Shown: piece after piece, positions 11,072-25,065 of the stretch
How the letters are laid out: each line of letters begins with the position of its first letter
Position numbering within the stretch: position 1 is the stretch's first letter
Assembly: GCA_965603825.1 (NCBI GenBank)
Contig: CBFDEM010000001.1
Location: 623,919 to 687,918 of the forward strand
Source of the DNA: Blepharisma stoltei ATCC 30299
Taxonomy: Eukaryota; Protista; Ciliophora
Direction of reading: 5' to 3'
DNA length: 64,000 bases
Position numbers and translations under genes: made by a program
The notes under the pieces: model-generated
What the model saw: only the letters and a program-made list of their open reading frames with translations
The model's database searches: none
What the model was told of the DNA's origin: nothing

Positions 11072-14000
11072 ATGGTCTATATCCTGATTTTATTTCAAAA
11101 CTTCCTCTTCCTCGGGCTTTCTCTCCAAATTTCTCTACTCCCTTCCACAGGTGTCCCTCCGCCCAGCCGAAAGCTCGGAAATATGATTTACGATTCCTCA
11201 AAAAACCAGCTTGTTAATTTCGGAGGCCAATCTACAGACGGGTCATATTCTAACGACCTCGCTTCATTTTCTTTATCACATATGAGATGAAGCTTAATTT
11301 TGCCTTATTTATCTACAGTCCCAGACGAAAGAGCAGCATCTGCAATGTTTTATGATGACATTAACCAACAAGTACTTCTATATGGAGGGAGGACACGTGC
11401 AGGCCCTGCTGGGGATTTTTGAAGCTATAGCTTAATAGAAAACAGCTGACAACAATTATCTAGAAATGGGGATGATCCAGGCCCAAGGGCATATACAGCA
11501 CATGTGGAATATTCAAGAGGAGGAAAGAACTACTATGCAATTTTCGGAGGTCTGACTCCTACAGCAATAGATAACAGCTTATATATGTAAAAATTATGTA
11601 GTCTTAATGGGAGTGATTTTACATGAACAAAAAAGCCAACTGCAGGGAGTCCACCACAGCCAACTGAAAGTGCTGGAATTGGGTATTATAAGGATAAGTT
11701 ATATGTATGAGGAGGATTAAGCAGATTTTCTACAGAGCTGCAGGATACAAAATTGCATGTTTTTGACTTGGATTCTGAAAAATGGACACAGATTAGTGTT
11801 TCAGGGCAAACTCCACATGGGAGATTTCAGCATTTTTTGTGTGTGATAGGTGACTATTTGTTTATAAATAATGGGGAGGATTTTACGACTGGAAATTCTA
11901 TTTTTGATATTTGAAAAATTAATTTAGCAACTCTCAGCTTATGAGAAAAAGTCAATTTTGAAGACCCAGACGACATCGCCACTGATAGTGGCTCTATTAC
12001 TACAGCAGGCTCTACAATTTATTCCTTCGGCGGCACCTCAGCATCCGGCATAAACAACTCTCTTACCTCAATTGATCTTTCTGCCTCATCTATAGCCTAT
12101 ACCTTAGTTTCCGCTGAACTTCATGGCCCAGAAGCCAGAATGATGCACTCAATGCACACAATCCACACTTCTTTATGGATTTTTGGCGGAATAAACAGCG
12201 ACAAAAAATAGTAACTTCTATACAGCCTGAATGATATGTGGAAATTTGAGCTAGAAACTAATACATGGGCCAAGCTTTCTACCACTGGTGACAAGCCACC
12301 TGCAAGAGCAAGGCATGGCAGTTGCTCATCTGCAGACACTTATGTCATCTTTGGAGGGATAAATGATGATGGCTATTTAAATGATATGTACGAATATACA
12401 GTTTTAGCAAATACATGGAGAGAAGTGACTACTTCTTCTAGTAAATACCCAACTGAAAGGCATGGAGTCTGTATGGCACAAGCTGACTCTTTTATATATA
12501 TTTTTGGAGGACATACAATGTCAGGGTATTCTAATGAGCTGTGGAGGTTTGACACTATTGATAACTCATATGTGCTTTTGGATGATGGATTATCAGAACA
12601 AGTCCCAAAGCTAGCTTATACGAAATGCTTTATTAGGAATATAAATAAGGTTTATTATTTTTATATAGCCACTGGAGAAGGGGAAGATGGAGTCCCAAAA
12701 TCGATTATAAGCAGATATGATTTAAAAAATGAGGAATGGCAGCTTGTCATGGATGCAGGATATGGCTCATTTGCCTTATCTGGGGCTGGAGGAGTAAATA
12801 TTGACAATTACTTAGTCATTTTAGGTGGAGAACAGTGGAATTTTGAAGCTTTTGATAACATTTTTATGATAGATCTCGACAATAACCCAGAGCCGATTAA
12901 AATTGGAAAAGTCGAAGAGCCTACCTATGCAACTGAAATGACTTATTTTGGACAGTCTCTATATTTATTTGGAGGCGGGGATACTATTTCAAGCCTGGTC
13001 CAAAATTATATACCAAAACAATTTTTATTTGAAATTAGCCAAAGCTCTGAAGACAATTTTGCGTGACCTTGCAGCAATGGAACATATGGAGAAAAATGCA
13101 AGCCATGCCCAGAAGGGCATTACGCAGACAGTTTTGGGACAACTGAGTGCAAAAAATGCCCAAAAGGAACTTATAATACTTTTAAAGGAGCCAGAACTCA
13201 TGACGAGTGCTATCCGTGCCCTTATGGGTCTTACGCACCTAGTGAAGGCTCAAAATACTGCGATAACTGCCCAGCAAGCATGTACTGTCCAGCAGGCACC
13301 TCTTCTCCTCTACATATAGAAGACCGAATCGATTTTGTGAGCATCCAGCCTCTTTTATTCAGCGAAAGTTCCAGTACGAGTGACCAAGTTTTCAGCTACA
13401 CCTTATATATCGTTATTTCCATCTCTACTATATTGACACTCCTCCTAATTTGTCACAAACCTATACGAGACTCTATGCCGCGCCTTGACTCCTATTCAAG
13501 AAACCACGAAACCAAAGACAACCACCCCATAATTAAGCGACGAACCTCACTTGGCGGCCTTTTCAGTGTCATTTTTCTTCTTTTAGCATTTTTATATGCC
13601 TTACAAGGAGCCACAATTTATATCACAAATAACATAATTGAAGAAAAAATGCTTGAGCCTTTGGTCTCATTAGAAAATGACTATTCAGCCTTTCCTGGGG
13701 ATATTTATATTAATATCACTTTTTTTTACTATGGAGGAAACTGTGTCAGTAATGACTCTTGTGTGGCAGATTTATTGTACAGCTATGCAGATATTGAAGG
13801 AAAACTGATAGGGCCTGACTGTTCATTGGTGGGAAGAGACTGTCACGTTACTTTTGTGTGCCATGGATGTGATCTAGGGGTTGGGGCAGCTATTAATTTA
13901 TCAATGCTAGAGCCACGAAGTTATGCAAGCTTTATTTCAGTCAATATTTCGTCAACGTCTTCAATCCCAGATGAGCTAAGCTCTATTAAAATTGATATCG

Positions 14001-14548
14001 CACCTACTAGTACTTCTTTGGTATTCAGAGGCCAAAATGCTTCAAAATTTACGTTTTCGATGACACCGTCTGTTTTTCTTTCAGATGTTTCTAGGTGAAA
14101 TCGTAATCAAACTGGGTACCACGTGTCTTTGCCGCATTCGCCGACTGCAGGGTCAGCACTGCCTACAGATGAGTAAAAGTTATTTAGGATAAATTTTGAA
14201 GACTCTGTAAGGGTTTCTATCAGTCTTGATATAGGAGATGTGGTTTTGGTCACCAAAAGGTTGTTATCAGAGACATTTTTTTTGCTACTTGGGTCTTTAC
14301 TTGGGTCTGTGTTTGGGATCATACAAATTGGTGGGACCCTTATGGGGAAAACTGAGGAAATTCAGAATTTCGCAATAAAGAAATGGAAACATTATCGTCG
14401 GTTTCATAGGATTGTTGGGAATATTGAGAAGCTTAGAAATGCAGTTGAGCCGAGGGAGATTGAAAATAATACTCCATCAGCTCAGACCACTGAGGCTTAT
14501 ATATTTGATGATTTCAGAATTAAGAAAAAGAATAGAATAATAGATTAG
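11072..14548 (+). CDS. Signal peptide + tandem Kelch repeats + Cys-rich (GCC2/GCC3, ephrin-receptor-like) repeats + multi-TM membrane protein (~1143 aa, three 15-nt introns)
   Basis: Repeated FGG/YGG...W Kelch motifs (several W = TGA); CKPCPEGHY/CKKCPKGTY/CYPCPYGSY repeats; hydrophobic helices near 13400, 13570 and 14290; introns at 11587, 12211 and 14173. Confidence 0.82.
11587..11601 (+). other. 15-nt intron (gtaaaaattatgtag)
   Basis: Removes an in-frame TAA from a Kelch repeat; A at position 10. Confidence 0.85.
12211..12225 (+). other. 15-nt intron (gtaacttctatacag)
   Basis: Splicing gives the Kelch motif FGGINSDKKYLNDMW; retention gives in-frame TAG TAA. Confidence 0.88.
14173..14187 (+). 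other. 15-nt intron (gtaaaagttatttag)
   Basis: Removes an in-frame TAA and joins to the 14240-14548 ORF frame; A at position 10. Confidence 0.82.
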
Positions 14549-14590
14549 TATTATTTTATTAGTTTTAATATCTGAATGGAAAATAAATTT

Positions 14591-16750
14591 TTATTTATAA
14601 AGATATTTCAGAATTGTTTGTGTGAGTATTTCAGGAGAGCATGGCTTAGTCAGTACTTCTTCCATCCCAGATTCCAAGCATAGCCTAATATCACTATCAG
14701 AACTAAATGCGGTATATCCGATCATCGCAGGCAAAAATTTAATTTCTCCATTAAAGTACATCTCTATCACTTTCCGAGTAGCTTCCCAACCATTTAGCTC
14801 AGGCATGCTTCCATCAACAACTACAACCTTATAAGCTCTACCCATAGAATCACTTTCTTGTACTTTCTTGATTAATTCTAATCCTGTACATGCTTCATTA
14901 TAATTAACATTATTGCGTTTAAGAAGAGTCCCTAAAATCATCCTATTAAAGTCATTATCGTCTGCAATCAAAACTTGTGCATTTTTATTTTCTGCTATAG
15001 CAGACTCAAAATCAGCAATTGAGGCAGTTAAGCACTCGTCAAGTCAAACCTGAGAGTCTGAAAAATAATCATCAGAAAGTATCTGAAGATTGGGAGGAGT
15101 TTCAAAAATGTCTATTGAGAAAATAAAAGATGAGCCTTTTCCTGTCTTTGAGATGACTTCAATAGGATTTCCTCCAAGTTCTTGGACAATTTTATTTGAA
15201 ATTACAAGGCCAAGACCACAGCCATCTGGGTTTATATTTAAGCTTATATCTGAATGAAATTCTTGGAAAATCCATTGTTTCCTCGACTCACTGATTCCAA
15301 TTCCTGTGTCGTTTACCATTATTTTGAGCTTTGAATTTGTGTCAAGCAGACATACAAGCTCAACCCTTCCTTTAATTGTAAATTTTAGTGCATTACTTAA
15401 GAGATTTAGCAGAATCTGACTTAATCTCAAAGCATCCGTATATACATATTCAGGCAATTTTGGATCAATTCTTACAAGAACTTGAATTCCTTTTTTCTCT
15501 GCTTGAATTCTTATAAGTTGTAAGCAGCCGCTAATGATATCATGAAGCTTGGGTTTACTCTTTTGGACAGTAAAAGCCCCTGCTATCATTTTAGAGTAGT
15601 CCAATAAATCGTTTACAAGAGAAATCAAAAGTTTGGCTGACACTGAAACTATTTTCAGCTTTTCAAGGTGTTCTGGAGCTTCAGAGATTTTATGATCGCG
15701 CATTAATTCTTCGACTATAAATGAGATTGCGTTAATAGGAGTTCTCAATTCATGAGTTACTGATCTTAATAAAATATTCTTAAGCATATTTTCTGAGCGA
15801 GCCTTTTCAAATTGAATTAAAGCGCTTGCATCTCTAACTGTAATTAAAATGCTCTGCTGCTTTTCTCATATAACTTTTTTCCCTCTTCATATAAGATTAG
15901 AAGGCTTTGCGCTCACTCCCAGAAAAATTTCACTATTGAGAGTTGAATTTCTAATAAAATTTATATGATCTATAAGCTTATTTGATTCTGATAATTCAGA
16001 ATATTTTTTCCCTTCTAAAAACTCAATTTCAGCTAATAATTCAACCACACAGTCAATTTCGCAGCAGAGCAGCTTCGGCAAGTTGTGATTCGAAAATAGT
16101 ACTTCTTTATTTTCAGAAAGCACCAAAACCCCATCAGAAATCAAGTTAAAAAGAACACTTAATCGGCTTTCTGCATTTTCAAGATTTTTCCTTGATATAA
16201 ACCTCTCATATGATTTGGCTTTCAAGAAATAAGAATTTATATTGTATAGAAAAATAATAAGGAATGATACCATGTGGGGCGTGTAGCTTGCATCTAAAAA
16301 GAGCTCATTTATTAAGTATTTTCTGTAATGCCATAAATATAAATGTTTTGACATAATGGCACATTTCATTAGCCGAGTCTGGACAAAAGGGAGCTCAAAG
16401 CTGTTAATGAATATCAGTGATAGCATCTCAAACAAAAGTTGCTCTGATTTATATTCATTTTGGCCCTGCTTCCACAGCACAAAACAGTTAAATTCTGAAA
16501 AACTGATTGAGAATAGCGACTTAGCGAGGTAGCCTTTTCTGTCGAAATACCAAACTAGGCTGCAGCTGACAAAATGGATAAATAAGTAAGGGATGTGCAG
16601 TATAGCAATTTCAATCTTATTTGAATTAACAGTGAGGAAAACGAAAAGCAAAACCACTGCCAAGCCAAGTAAAGAGTAGGAATACCGCTTTAGGACTTGA
16701 TATTTATCGTTAACTTCTTCGTCCCACCATTGATGATAAATAGCCTCCAT
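14591..16750 (-). CDS. Membrane hybrid histidine kinase HK-A (TM sensor - PAS-like - HisKA - HATPase - receiver, ~719 aa)
   Basis: H-box SVTHELRTP, N-box QILLNLLSNALKFT, DTGIG, GCGLGL, receiver DDN...VDGSMP...TKP. Three ORF pieces in frame across TGAs. Confidence 0.92.
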
Positions 16751-17564
16751 AGAAATACTTTTATATTTATTAAATATGTACGTAATTGAAAGAGCTCAGT
16801 TATGGTAATAAAAACTAAGGACGCTACTAATAAGAACCAGTAAAATTTCCATTTAAAAATTTATAGCTCTACTGTAATAAAATTAGTAAATTAGGTTGGA
16901 ATAAAAAAATAATTTCAAAGGGTCATTCGATAGCCTTTCTGAATAGGCTATGATTTTGATTTGCCATAAAAGCTTATATTGATGCAGAAAAATGCTAATG
17001 GACTATAAAAAAGGAATTAATAGAGAAGAGACTGCTCCGCAAATAATTATATGGTCGCTTTATAGAAATCTAAGGAATTTTGGTATAAAAAAGAGAAAAG
17101 GCAAGGGTAGGCATTTAAAATTTATGATATAATAAAAAAGAAAAGGATGCAAGACTTGTACACGGATTTGAAAATTTTATAAGGTTAACAATTAAAAAAT
17201 CTCGACCAATAGAATTGTGAGATATTTAATAAAATATAGGCTATTCATATTTTTCAGATAAAAAGTAAAGTTCTACTTTTAAAAATAGCTGAAAGTCTGT
17301 AGCAGCTGCCAAAATGGACGGAGACGCAATGAGACAGATAATGAATTTTCAGAAATATTAATATTTAACAGAATTATAAATATTTTTACAAATTTTTTTT
17401 ATACAGAATTCTGGCTGCATGAAATTTTCTTAAGTGCCTATATTAATATTTGTTTGGAAATGTTAAATAAAAGTGTCTAAAAAGGATTGGATTATTCTTA
17501 ATACATTTATAATAATAGTCAGACTAATTAATAGATATAATTTATATTAACCCAGAGTTTACAC

Positions 17565-18078
17565 ATTTATTTCCCAGATTCAAATAAAGTCAAATGAATT
17601 GTCTAATCTCCGTTTAGCCTTAATTAATTTTGCACCCTATGAAAATTACCTTGCCTTTATGACAAATCCATACAGTTGGGTTACTGTTTGCCATATAAAC
17701 TCTCCAGAAGAAGAAATTAGGTTTACTGATTAAGCACTCTATGCTACTCACAAGTAATATTCTACTTGTGGATCTTTGCTAACTGCAATAAATTTGAATT
17801 TTACTATTGACTTGCGAAATTTTGAAAAAAGAATGTTGGTTTATATTCTGAAAGGGCATTTGGGAATTATCAACTCCATTGATTTTTCTCTATCGGCAAA
17901 AAGATTATATCTGGCAGCGAAGATATGACAATAAAATTCTGGGATATAAGACATTTGTATGATGATTCAAAAGAAGAACATTTAGCCTGTCTAGAGTGAT
18001 CGTTGATGAAGCGTAAGCTAATTGCTTCTGATATATCATTAGTGAAAAAAATAAAGAGTTGTTGGATTTCTTATCAAT
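17565..18078 (+). pseudogene. Degenerate 3' fragment of the pentapeptide-WD40 gene (inverted copy of ~28690-29227)
   Basis: atttatttcccagattcaaataaag...ctgaaagggcatttgggaattatcaactcc...gaagatatgacaataaaattctgggatataag matches the reverse complement of the 28677-31559 gene end; frameshifts, no 5' part. Confidence 0.82.
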
Positions 18079-18094
18079 AAAAAAATAATTAAAT

Positions 18095-20218
18095 TTATAT
18101 AAATTTTTTAATGGCTTCGATAATTTTTTCTGTAGAGCAAGGTTTTGGCAAAAAGTCTATCATTCCACACTGATAGCATAGTTTTATATCTTCTTCCGAG
18201 CAATATGCAGAGTACCCTATTATATAAGGAAGATGCTGAATTTTCCCTTGTCTGTACTGCTGATCAATATAAGACGATGCTTCTCATCCAGTCATTTCAG
18301 GCATTTCGCAATCCATGACAACAACTTTATATGGTCAATCAGAGGCATCCTTTCTTATTATTTTTTCCACAGCTATTCTTCCATTATTCGCTTCATCGTA
18401 TTCAAAATCATAAGATTTTAATGTTGATCCTAACACTTCTAAATTAAATTCTAAATCGTCCACAATAAGAATGTCTTTTTTAAAGCCTTTTGAATGAGCA
18501 TAGCTTGATATTGTTATAGGTAAAATACGCTCATTGGTGCATGTTTCGGTATTTTCAATGGACAGGCTTAAAGGCTTGTCCTCGTAAATGTTAATATTGA
18601 AATAAAAAATTGAGCCTTTTCCAGAATTGCATTTTACTTTTATGGAGTTTCCATCTAATTGATTAATCAATAGATTTGATATATATAGGCCAAATCCATG
18701 CCCTCTTGGCCCAAGATTAGGAATATTTAAAGGGTCGATTTCTTTTATCATTTTTCTTATCTCTTCTAAGCTAACGCCAGACCCGGTGTCTTCAACACAG
18801 CATTTCATCGTATTTTTTGCTGTTTTAAGACAAATGACCTCAATTTTTCCTTCCTGGGTAAATTTAAAGGCATTTCTTAGTAAATTCAAAATAATTTGAC
18901 TAATTCTTAAAGAATCGGTGAAAATCATATCTGGCAAATCCTTATCTATTCTAAAACTAATGTACAAATTCTTTTTAGCCGCTTGGTATTCAAAAAGGCT
19001 GCAAGAGCTTTTGATTAATTCTTTTAAATTGCATTGTGTTTTATGGATCGAAAAAACGCCTGTTAGTATCTTTGAATAATCAAGCAAGTCGTTTATTAAA
19101 GAAAGCATTAATGTACTTGAAATAGAAATAATCTTCAGCTGCTTTATGTCTTCAGCATTCAAAATATGGCTACTTTGTAATAATTTATTGGTAAAATGTA
19201 TAAGTGAATTTAAAGGAGTTCTGAGTTCGTGCGAAACTGAACGGAGTAATAGAGTTTTCATCTGATCACAGGCAGCTTTTTTTTCAAGCTCGACAGAGTC
19301 GGTCACATCTCTTATAGTTATGAATAGGGCTGGGTTATTTTCCCAAATCATGTGAAGAGCTTTTCATTCTAAATTCCCAGAAGTCAAGCCAAGTGTTATT
19401 TCTTCATTATGTGTGCTGCTAAGAAGATAAGAAATTTCATCTACTAAGAAATTTGACGAAGTAAAATTGGAGACCTTTTTCTTTTCACAGAATACTATAG
19501 AGCTTATCATAGCTAACAACGTGTCTGGAGCAGATCTCAATTTTTGAAGAACACAAAGATTATAAAACTCGATTTTCATGCGCTGAGAAATAATCAAAAT
19601 GCCATCAGAAAACGACTCTGTAATAATATTTAGTCGATTCTTTGAGTGCTCTAATTCACTCCTATACAAAAATCTTTCAAAAGAGACATTTCTTCAGTAT
19701 AAAGATAATAGGTTCAAGATTATAACGGCCATTGCTATTAAATACGAGGAATGCCTATATCAGACATTTTCTGAACTCTTAAACATTTGTTCATGTATAT
19801 ACCACATATAAAGGTATTTGATCACCATAACATTGAAGGCAACAATGTGCTTTAGCATTGAAAATTGAAAAATTAAGCACACCAAAAACGTCAATAGCAA
19901 TAGTATCAGTTTCTCATCCTTTAAATCATTATGAGACAAAGAGACGGAAAGGATATTAAGATATTCAGAGTACACAATTGACAGCAAAGCTTTATAGCTA
20001 GATTTGTGGTTATATGAAAATCATATAACTGGTGCTCAGATAATATTCATTATTGAACTAAGCTTTAAAGTGTCACTAAAATATTCAGAAGCGCCTAGAA
20101 AAACAAATAGAGGTCATACAACTATAGCAAAAAATGCCATAACTAAACTAAACTTTTGCAATAGTTTGTAAATTGCTTCACATTCTTCTTCCCACCAAGC
20201 TACTTGAGATTCTTCCAT
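18095..20218 (-). CDS. Membrane hybrid histidine kinase HK-B (~707 aa)
   Basis: MEESQVAWWEEEC start; SVSHELRTPLN; NLLRNAFKFT; EDTGSG; GHGFGLYIS; receiver IVDDLEFN...MDCEMP...LPKP; TAA at 18095. Confidence 0.9.
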
Positions 20219-20753
20219 TTTATTCAGATCCTTTGATAAATAAGTCAGTAAATATTACATGATAATTTAAAATTTATGGACTAAGAGTTAAAAATCAAAA
20301 AATCCTTCAGAATTAAGCTTAATATTCATAAGTTTGATAATTATGATCATAAATTATTTAATTTAATGACATATGCTAGTAGTTACTTTCAATCGCGATT
20401 AATTACCTAATTAAATTACTATTAAATTTTCACTAGACAGATATGTGATAAAGATTGCATAGCCAAAACTGAAATTTTAGCCTTGTATAGTTATTAATAA
20501 ACCTAAAAAAATTTTTTTTGAAATTGTTAAAGCAAGCTTAAAACTCTAAAGGCTAATAGATACTTGAGTACTAATAAGTCTTATAGATAGATAATCTAAT
20601 TATTGATGAAAGGATTAAAATAATACTTAAAGATCCTTGAAATTCTAAATTCTTTTATAAATTTTTATATATCAATGTATCTCTATTACGCTTAAAATTA
20701 TATAATAAAAATATAAAAATGCTGAATATTAAATATTACAAAAATTACATTTA

Positions 20754-22886
20754 TTACATATAAAATTTCTTAAGAGTACTTAGAATTTTCTCAGGAGAGC
20801 AAGGCTTTGGTAAAAACTCAACCATGCCACTTTGGTAGCACAGCTTTATGTCATCATCTGAGCAGTAAGCTGAATGCCCAACTATCTGTGGTAAATATTT
20901 AATCTTGCCTTGCCTATACAGTTGATTAATATACCTCGAAGCTTCCCACCCGTTCATTTCAGGCATTTCACAGTCCATCACAATCAATTTATACGGTTTG
21001 TCCACACAGTCTTTTTCTATTACCTTCTCAACCGCTTCTTTTCCATTAGACGCTTCATCATAATTAACTTCCCCACTTTTCAATATTGAACCCAAGACCT
21101 CCAAATTGAATTCCATATCGTCAACAATCAAAACGTCCTTTCTCTCTTCTTTTTTGGAATAAAATTTCCCTATTCTGAAAGGTAAAACATTTTCACTGTC
21201 ATTTGACTCTATTCTATAAAGAATTTCACTTGGCAAACTTTCTTCAAAAATGTCGACTTTAAAGTAAAAGGCTGACCCTTTTCCGATATTGGACTGAACT
21301 TTAATAGACTTATTTCCAAGCTGTCTGCTTAAAAGATTTGATATATAAAGGCCAATTCCGTTTCCTTTTGGGCCGAGGTTGGGGACATTAGAGGTTTTCA
21401 TAAACCTAAACGTGTTTTTCATTGCTGTTTCTTCGATTCCAATTCCTGTATCCTCAACACAGCATTTCATTAAGTTTTTTGTTGTAAGGGTGCAGGTTAT
21501 TTCAATTTTGCCTTCTAAAGTATATTTTATAGCATTGCTTACCAAGTTCAAGAGAACTTGGCTCAGCCTCATATGGTCTGTATAAATCATCTCCGGCAGA
21601 CTTGGATCAATTCTATAACAAATATACAAATTTTTCTTTTCAGCCTGAAATTTAAATAAATCGCAAACATTCTGCACAATTTCCCTCAAATTGCAATAAT
21701 TTTTATGAATTGAAAATACTCCAATCAAAATTTGTGAGTAGTCCAATAAATCGCTTATAAGAGACAGCATTTGCTGGCCTGAAATCGAAATCATCATCAA
21801 TTTTTTTACCTCTTGGTCACTTCAAGTATGTGAGCTGCTAATCAAATCTCCTGTAAAATGAAGGATCGAGTTCAGCGGAGTCCTCAACTCATGTGAAACA
21901 GAGCGCAAAAGCAAAGTTTTCATTTGGTCACAAGCAACCTTCTTTTCAAGCTCTATTCAATGATTTACATCTCTGACTGTAAGAAATACTGCTTTACGAT
22001 TTTCCCACTCAATTTGTATGGATCTTCATTCTAAATTTGACGAGCTAATTAAAGTAACTCCAAGGATAATTTCAGACTGCTGGGTGTTATTCAATAGGTA
22101 GGAAATGTCATCAATTAAATTATTCGTTGGGATGAAATTGGAGGCTTTTCTGTTTTCTATGTAATGAGCTGATTTGAGAGTCTCGATAAGGTTTTCGGAG
22201 GAAGTGCTTAATAGTTGAAGGGCTCTTGGGTTGAAGAACTCAATTGTGATATCTTGTGAAAGTATTATGATTCCATCAGAAAAGGACTCCTTAATTGTGT
22301 TTAGACGGTTTTTGGAAGTTTCTAATTCACTTCGGTATGAAAATTTTTCACAAGCGATATCTTTACTGTGGGAGTAGATAATATTCAAAAAGCAAATAAT
22401 CACAAATATCATGTGGCAGCAATAGAATATTCTAGTTTGCTCGTCTTCAAAGAAAATATCATTAATATACCACACGTACATAAACTTTAAAAGCAAAATA
22501 TTGAATAAAAGCTTGCTTTGGGTAATTGTCAGCTGAAACGAAAAAACCACAAGGAAAGCAATAGTCTCAATCAGTTGGCTTTGATCATCTTTCATAAAGT
22601 TCGCAATATAACTTAAAAGGAAATTCAGGACCTCTGAATATGAGAGTAAAACCAAAGACTTGCATTTGGCTCTCTTGGTAGAAAAAATTTTCACTATAGT
22701 GGATGAAAAGGTGCCTGTCACAAGAACGCAGATTCAGCCAGGAGAAGAATAGTATTCAAAGTTATAAATTAAAGAGAGAGTCCAAAACAGCACACTTATA
22801 AGCGTTGAGAATAAAGTAAATCTCTCTAGAAGTTTGTAATAATTTTCAACCTCTTGCTCCCATCATAAATCGTCTATTTTAGTCAT
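20754..22886 (-). CDS. Membrane hybrid histidine kinase HK-C (~710 aa)
   Basis: MTKIDDLWWEQEV start; SVSHELRTPLN; NLVSNAIKYT; EDTGIG; GNGIGLYIS; receiver IVDDMEFN...MDCEMP. Confidence 0.9.
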
Positions 22887-23530
22887 TTTTATTCTCAATT
22901 TTTACAGTCAGTATTTTGGTTTGTATTATCGGATGAAATTAATTTCTTTAAAAGGAATGCATAAAAATTATCAGACAAAAATTAAAGCTTGCTTTTAATA
23001 CTTTAAAAATATAATTATGAGGAGTTAGTATTAATTTTAAATTCCAAATATTTTATTAAAGAATATAAAATTATTTGGTTTTACGAAAATATTTATACTG
23101 TTCTTTTATAATAAAAATTGGATTGAATTAAATTTTTATTTTTAGAAAAATCAGCAAAATTCATCCTGATAGAATTCAAGGTTAGAATTTTAATAATTCA
23201 GAGATTTATAGTTAAAATTTTATAATGGGATCAACTATTCAATCATTTATGAATTTTTGCGCTAAAATTTAATAAAGCTTTTCTTTATTGAATTTCTGAA
23301 GAGCAGACTTTTATATGATGCATTAATTTATGATACTTCAAATAATTTAAAAATTCCCCTTACTTTATCATCAAGTTTTCATATTATAAAAACAGATGCA
23401 AATATCATTATTATCTTTTATTAATGCAATACAACAATTTTAATTGAAAATTAAAAAGTTGTCCATTTATTTGATGATTAAAAATAAGCTGAAGTTTCTT
23501 ATAATTACAAGTAATAAATATACCTGAAAT

Positions 23531-25065
23531 ATGGAAAAGCTCTATTCTCAATGGTGAAATGAAGAAGTAAACGAAAAATTACCAAGTTTTGAAACGATAT
23601 GCTTATTATCTGTGGTTTATCGGACTTGCCATATGGATAATATTTATTATTCTTTTCCCTCATCAGATCTTTAGCAAAAGCTCACCCTATTTTTTCATTC
23701 ATTCTACCAATTGTCTTTTGACAGAAAAGGCTATATAGCAAAATCGTGATTTTCGATTTTATTTTCTGAAATAAACTGCTATTTTTTGTGAACCCAGGGT
23801 AACTCCTTATGAAAATTCCAAGAGATATTGTTTGAGATCTTATCATTTGTGTTTATACATAGTTTTGAACTACCGTTTATACAGACAAGCTTGGCGAAAA
23901 GCCTAATTATTTCTTAGAACCCCTATAAACGCAATAGCATTTATAGCAGATGACCTTATGGTTGAGCCAACTATCATGCAAAAAGTGTCAAATTTGGAAA
24001 AACTGAGGATGATATCTTTGTCATCACAATTGTTAGTTTCCATTGTAAATGACTTGGTGGATTATTCAAAAATGCTTGCTGGGGTTTTTACTATACAAAA
24101 AGGCATATGCTTGCTGGAAAGTATTATAAATAATGTGGCGCAGCTCATCAAAATCCAAGCAGAAACGAAATTAATACAGTTATAACTAGAATTGACCCAA
24201 CTTTGCCTGAATATATTTTTACTGATTCTTTAAGACTAAGCCAAGTTTTACTGAATTTGCTAAGCAATTCACTAAAGTTTACACTTAAAGGGAAAATCGA
24301 GGTTATCTGCATCAGAGAAAATGAATCCAGGCTAAAAATCATTGTTAAAGATACTGGTATAGGCATTCCCAGCGACAAAATCCATACCCTTTTCCAAGAA
24401 TTTGAAAGTGGATATATACCTGCTATAAATCCACAAGGACGTGGGCTTGGATTATTTATTTGAAATAGAATAGCCAAAGAACTTGGAGAAAATAGCATTG
24501 AAGTCCAATCGGTTGTTGGAAAAGGTTCCATATTTAGTTTTTCTGTAAATATTTTAGATCATTATATTCAAGAAACACCAACTTATGAAGAAGACACAGA
24601 AGCAGTTCCTATTTGTGAGGATTGAATAAACTGCTTAAATGATTTTAATTCAGTTTTACATTCCAAAATAAATCCTCGTGTGCTTATAGTTGATGATAGT
24701 GACATAAGCAGAATGCTTCTTGGCAATCTGTTGAAACAAAATAATATTTACTATGAAGAAGCGTGCACTGGAATCGGGGCAACCAAAAAAGTTAAGAAAA
24801 AAAATGATATGAATCGACCTTTTAAAGTTATTGCTTTAGATGGACGCATGCCTGATCTTAATGGGTGAGACGCAAGCAGAGCAATAATTAAGATGTATTT
24901 TGATGGGGAAATTAATGCTTTGCCTGCTATGATTGGATATACTGCACTTAGCTCTGAGGCTGATATTAAGATATGCTTGGAGTCTGGAATGCAAGAATGC
25001 TTAGTAAAACCTTGTAACCGGAGACATTAGTCAAAACCATTTTAAAATATCTGAATATGCAATAA
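23531..25065 (+). pseudogene. Hybrid histidine kinase pseudogene HK-D (internal deletion including the phospho-His, several frameshifts)
   Basis: MEKLYSQWWNEEVNEK start. Frameshifts near 23580, 23720, 24180 and 25020; ...KSLIIS is fused directly to RTPINA at ~23913. Confidence 0.85.
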
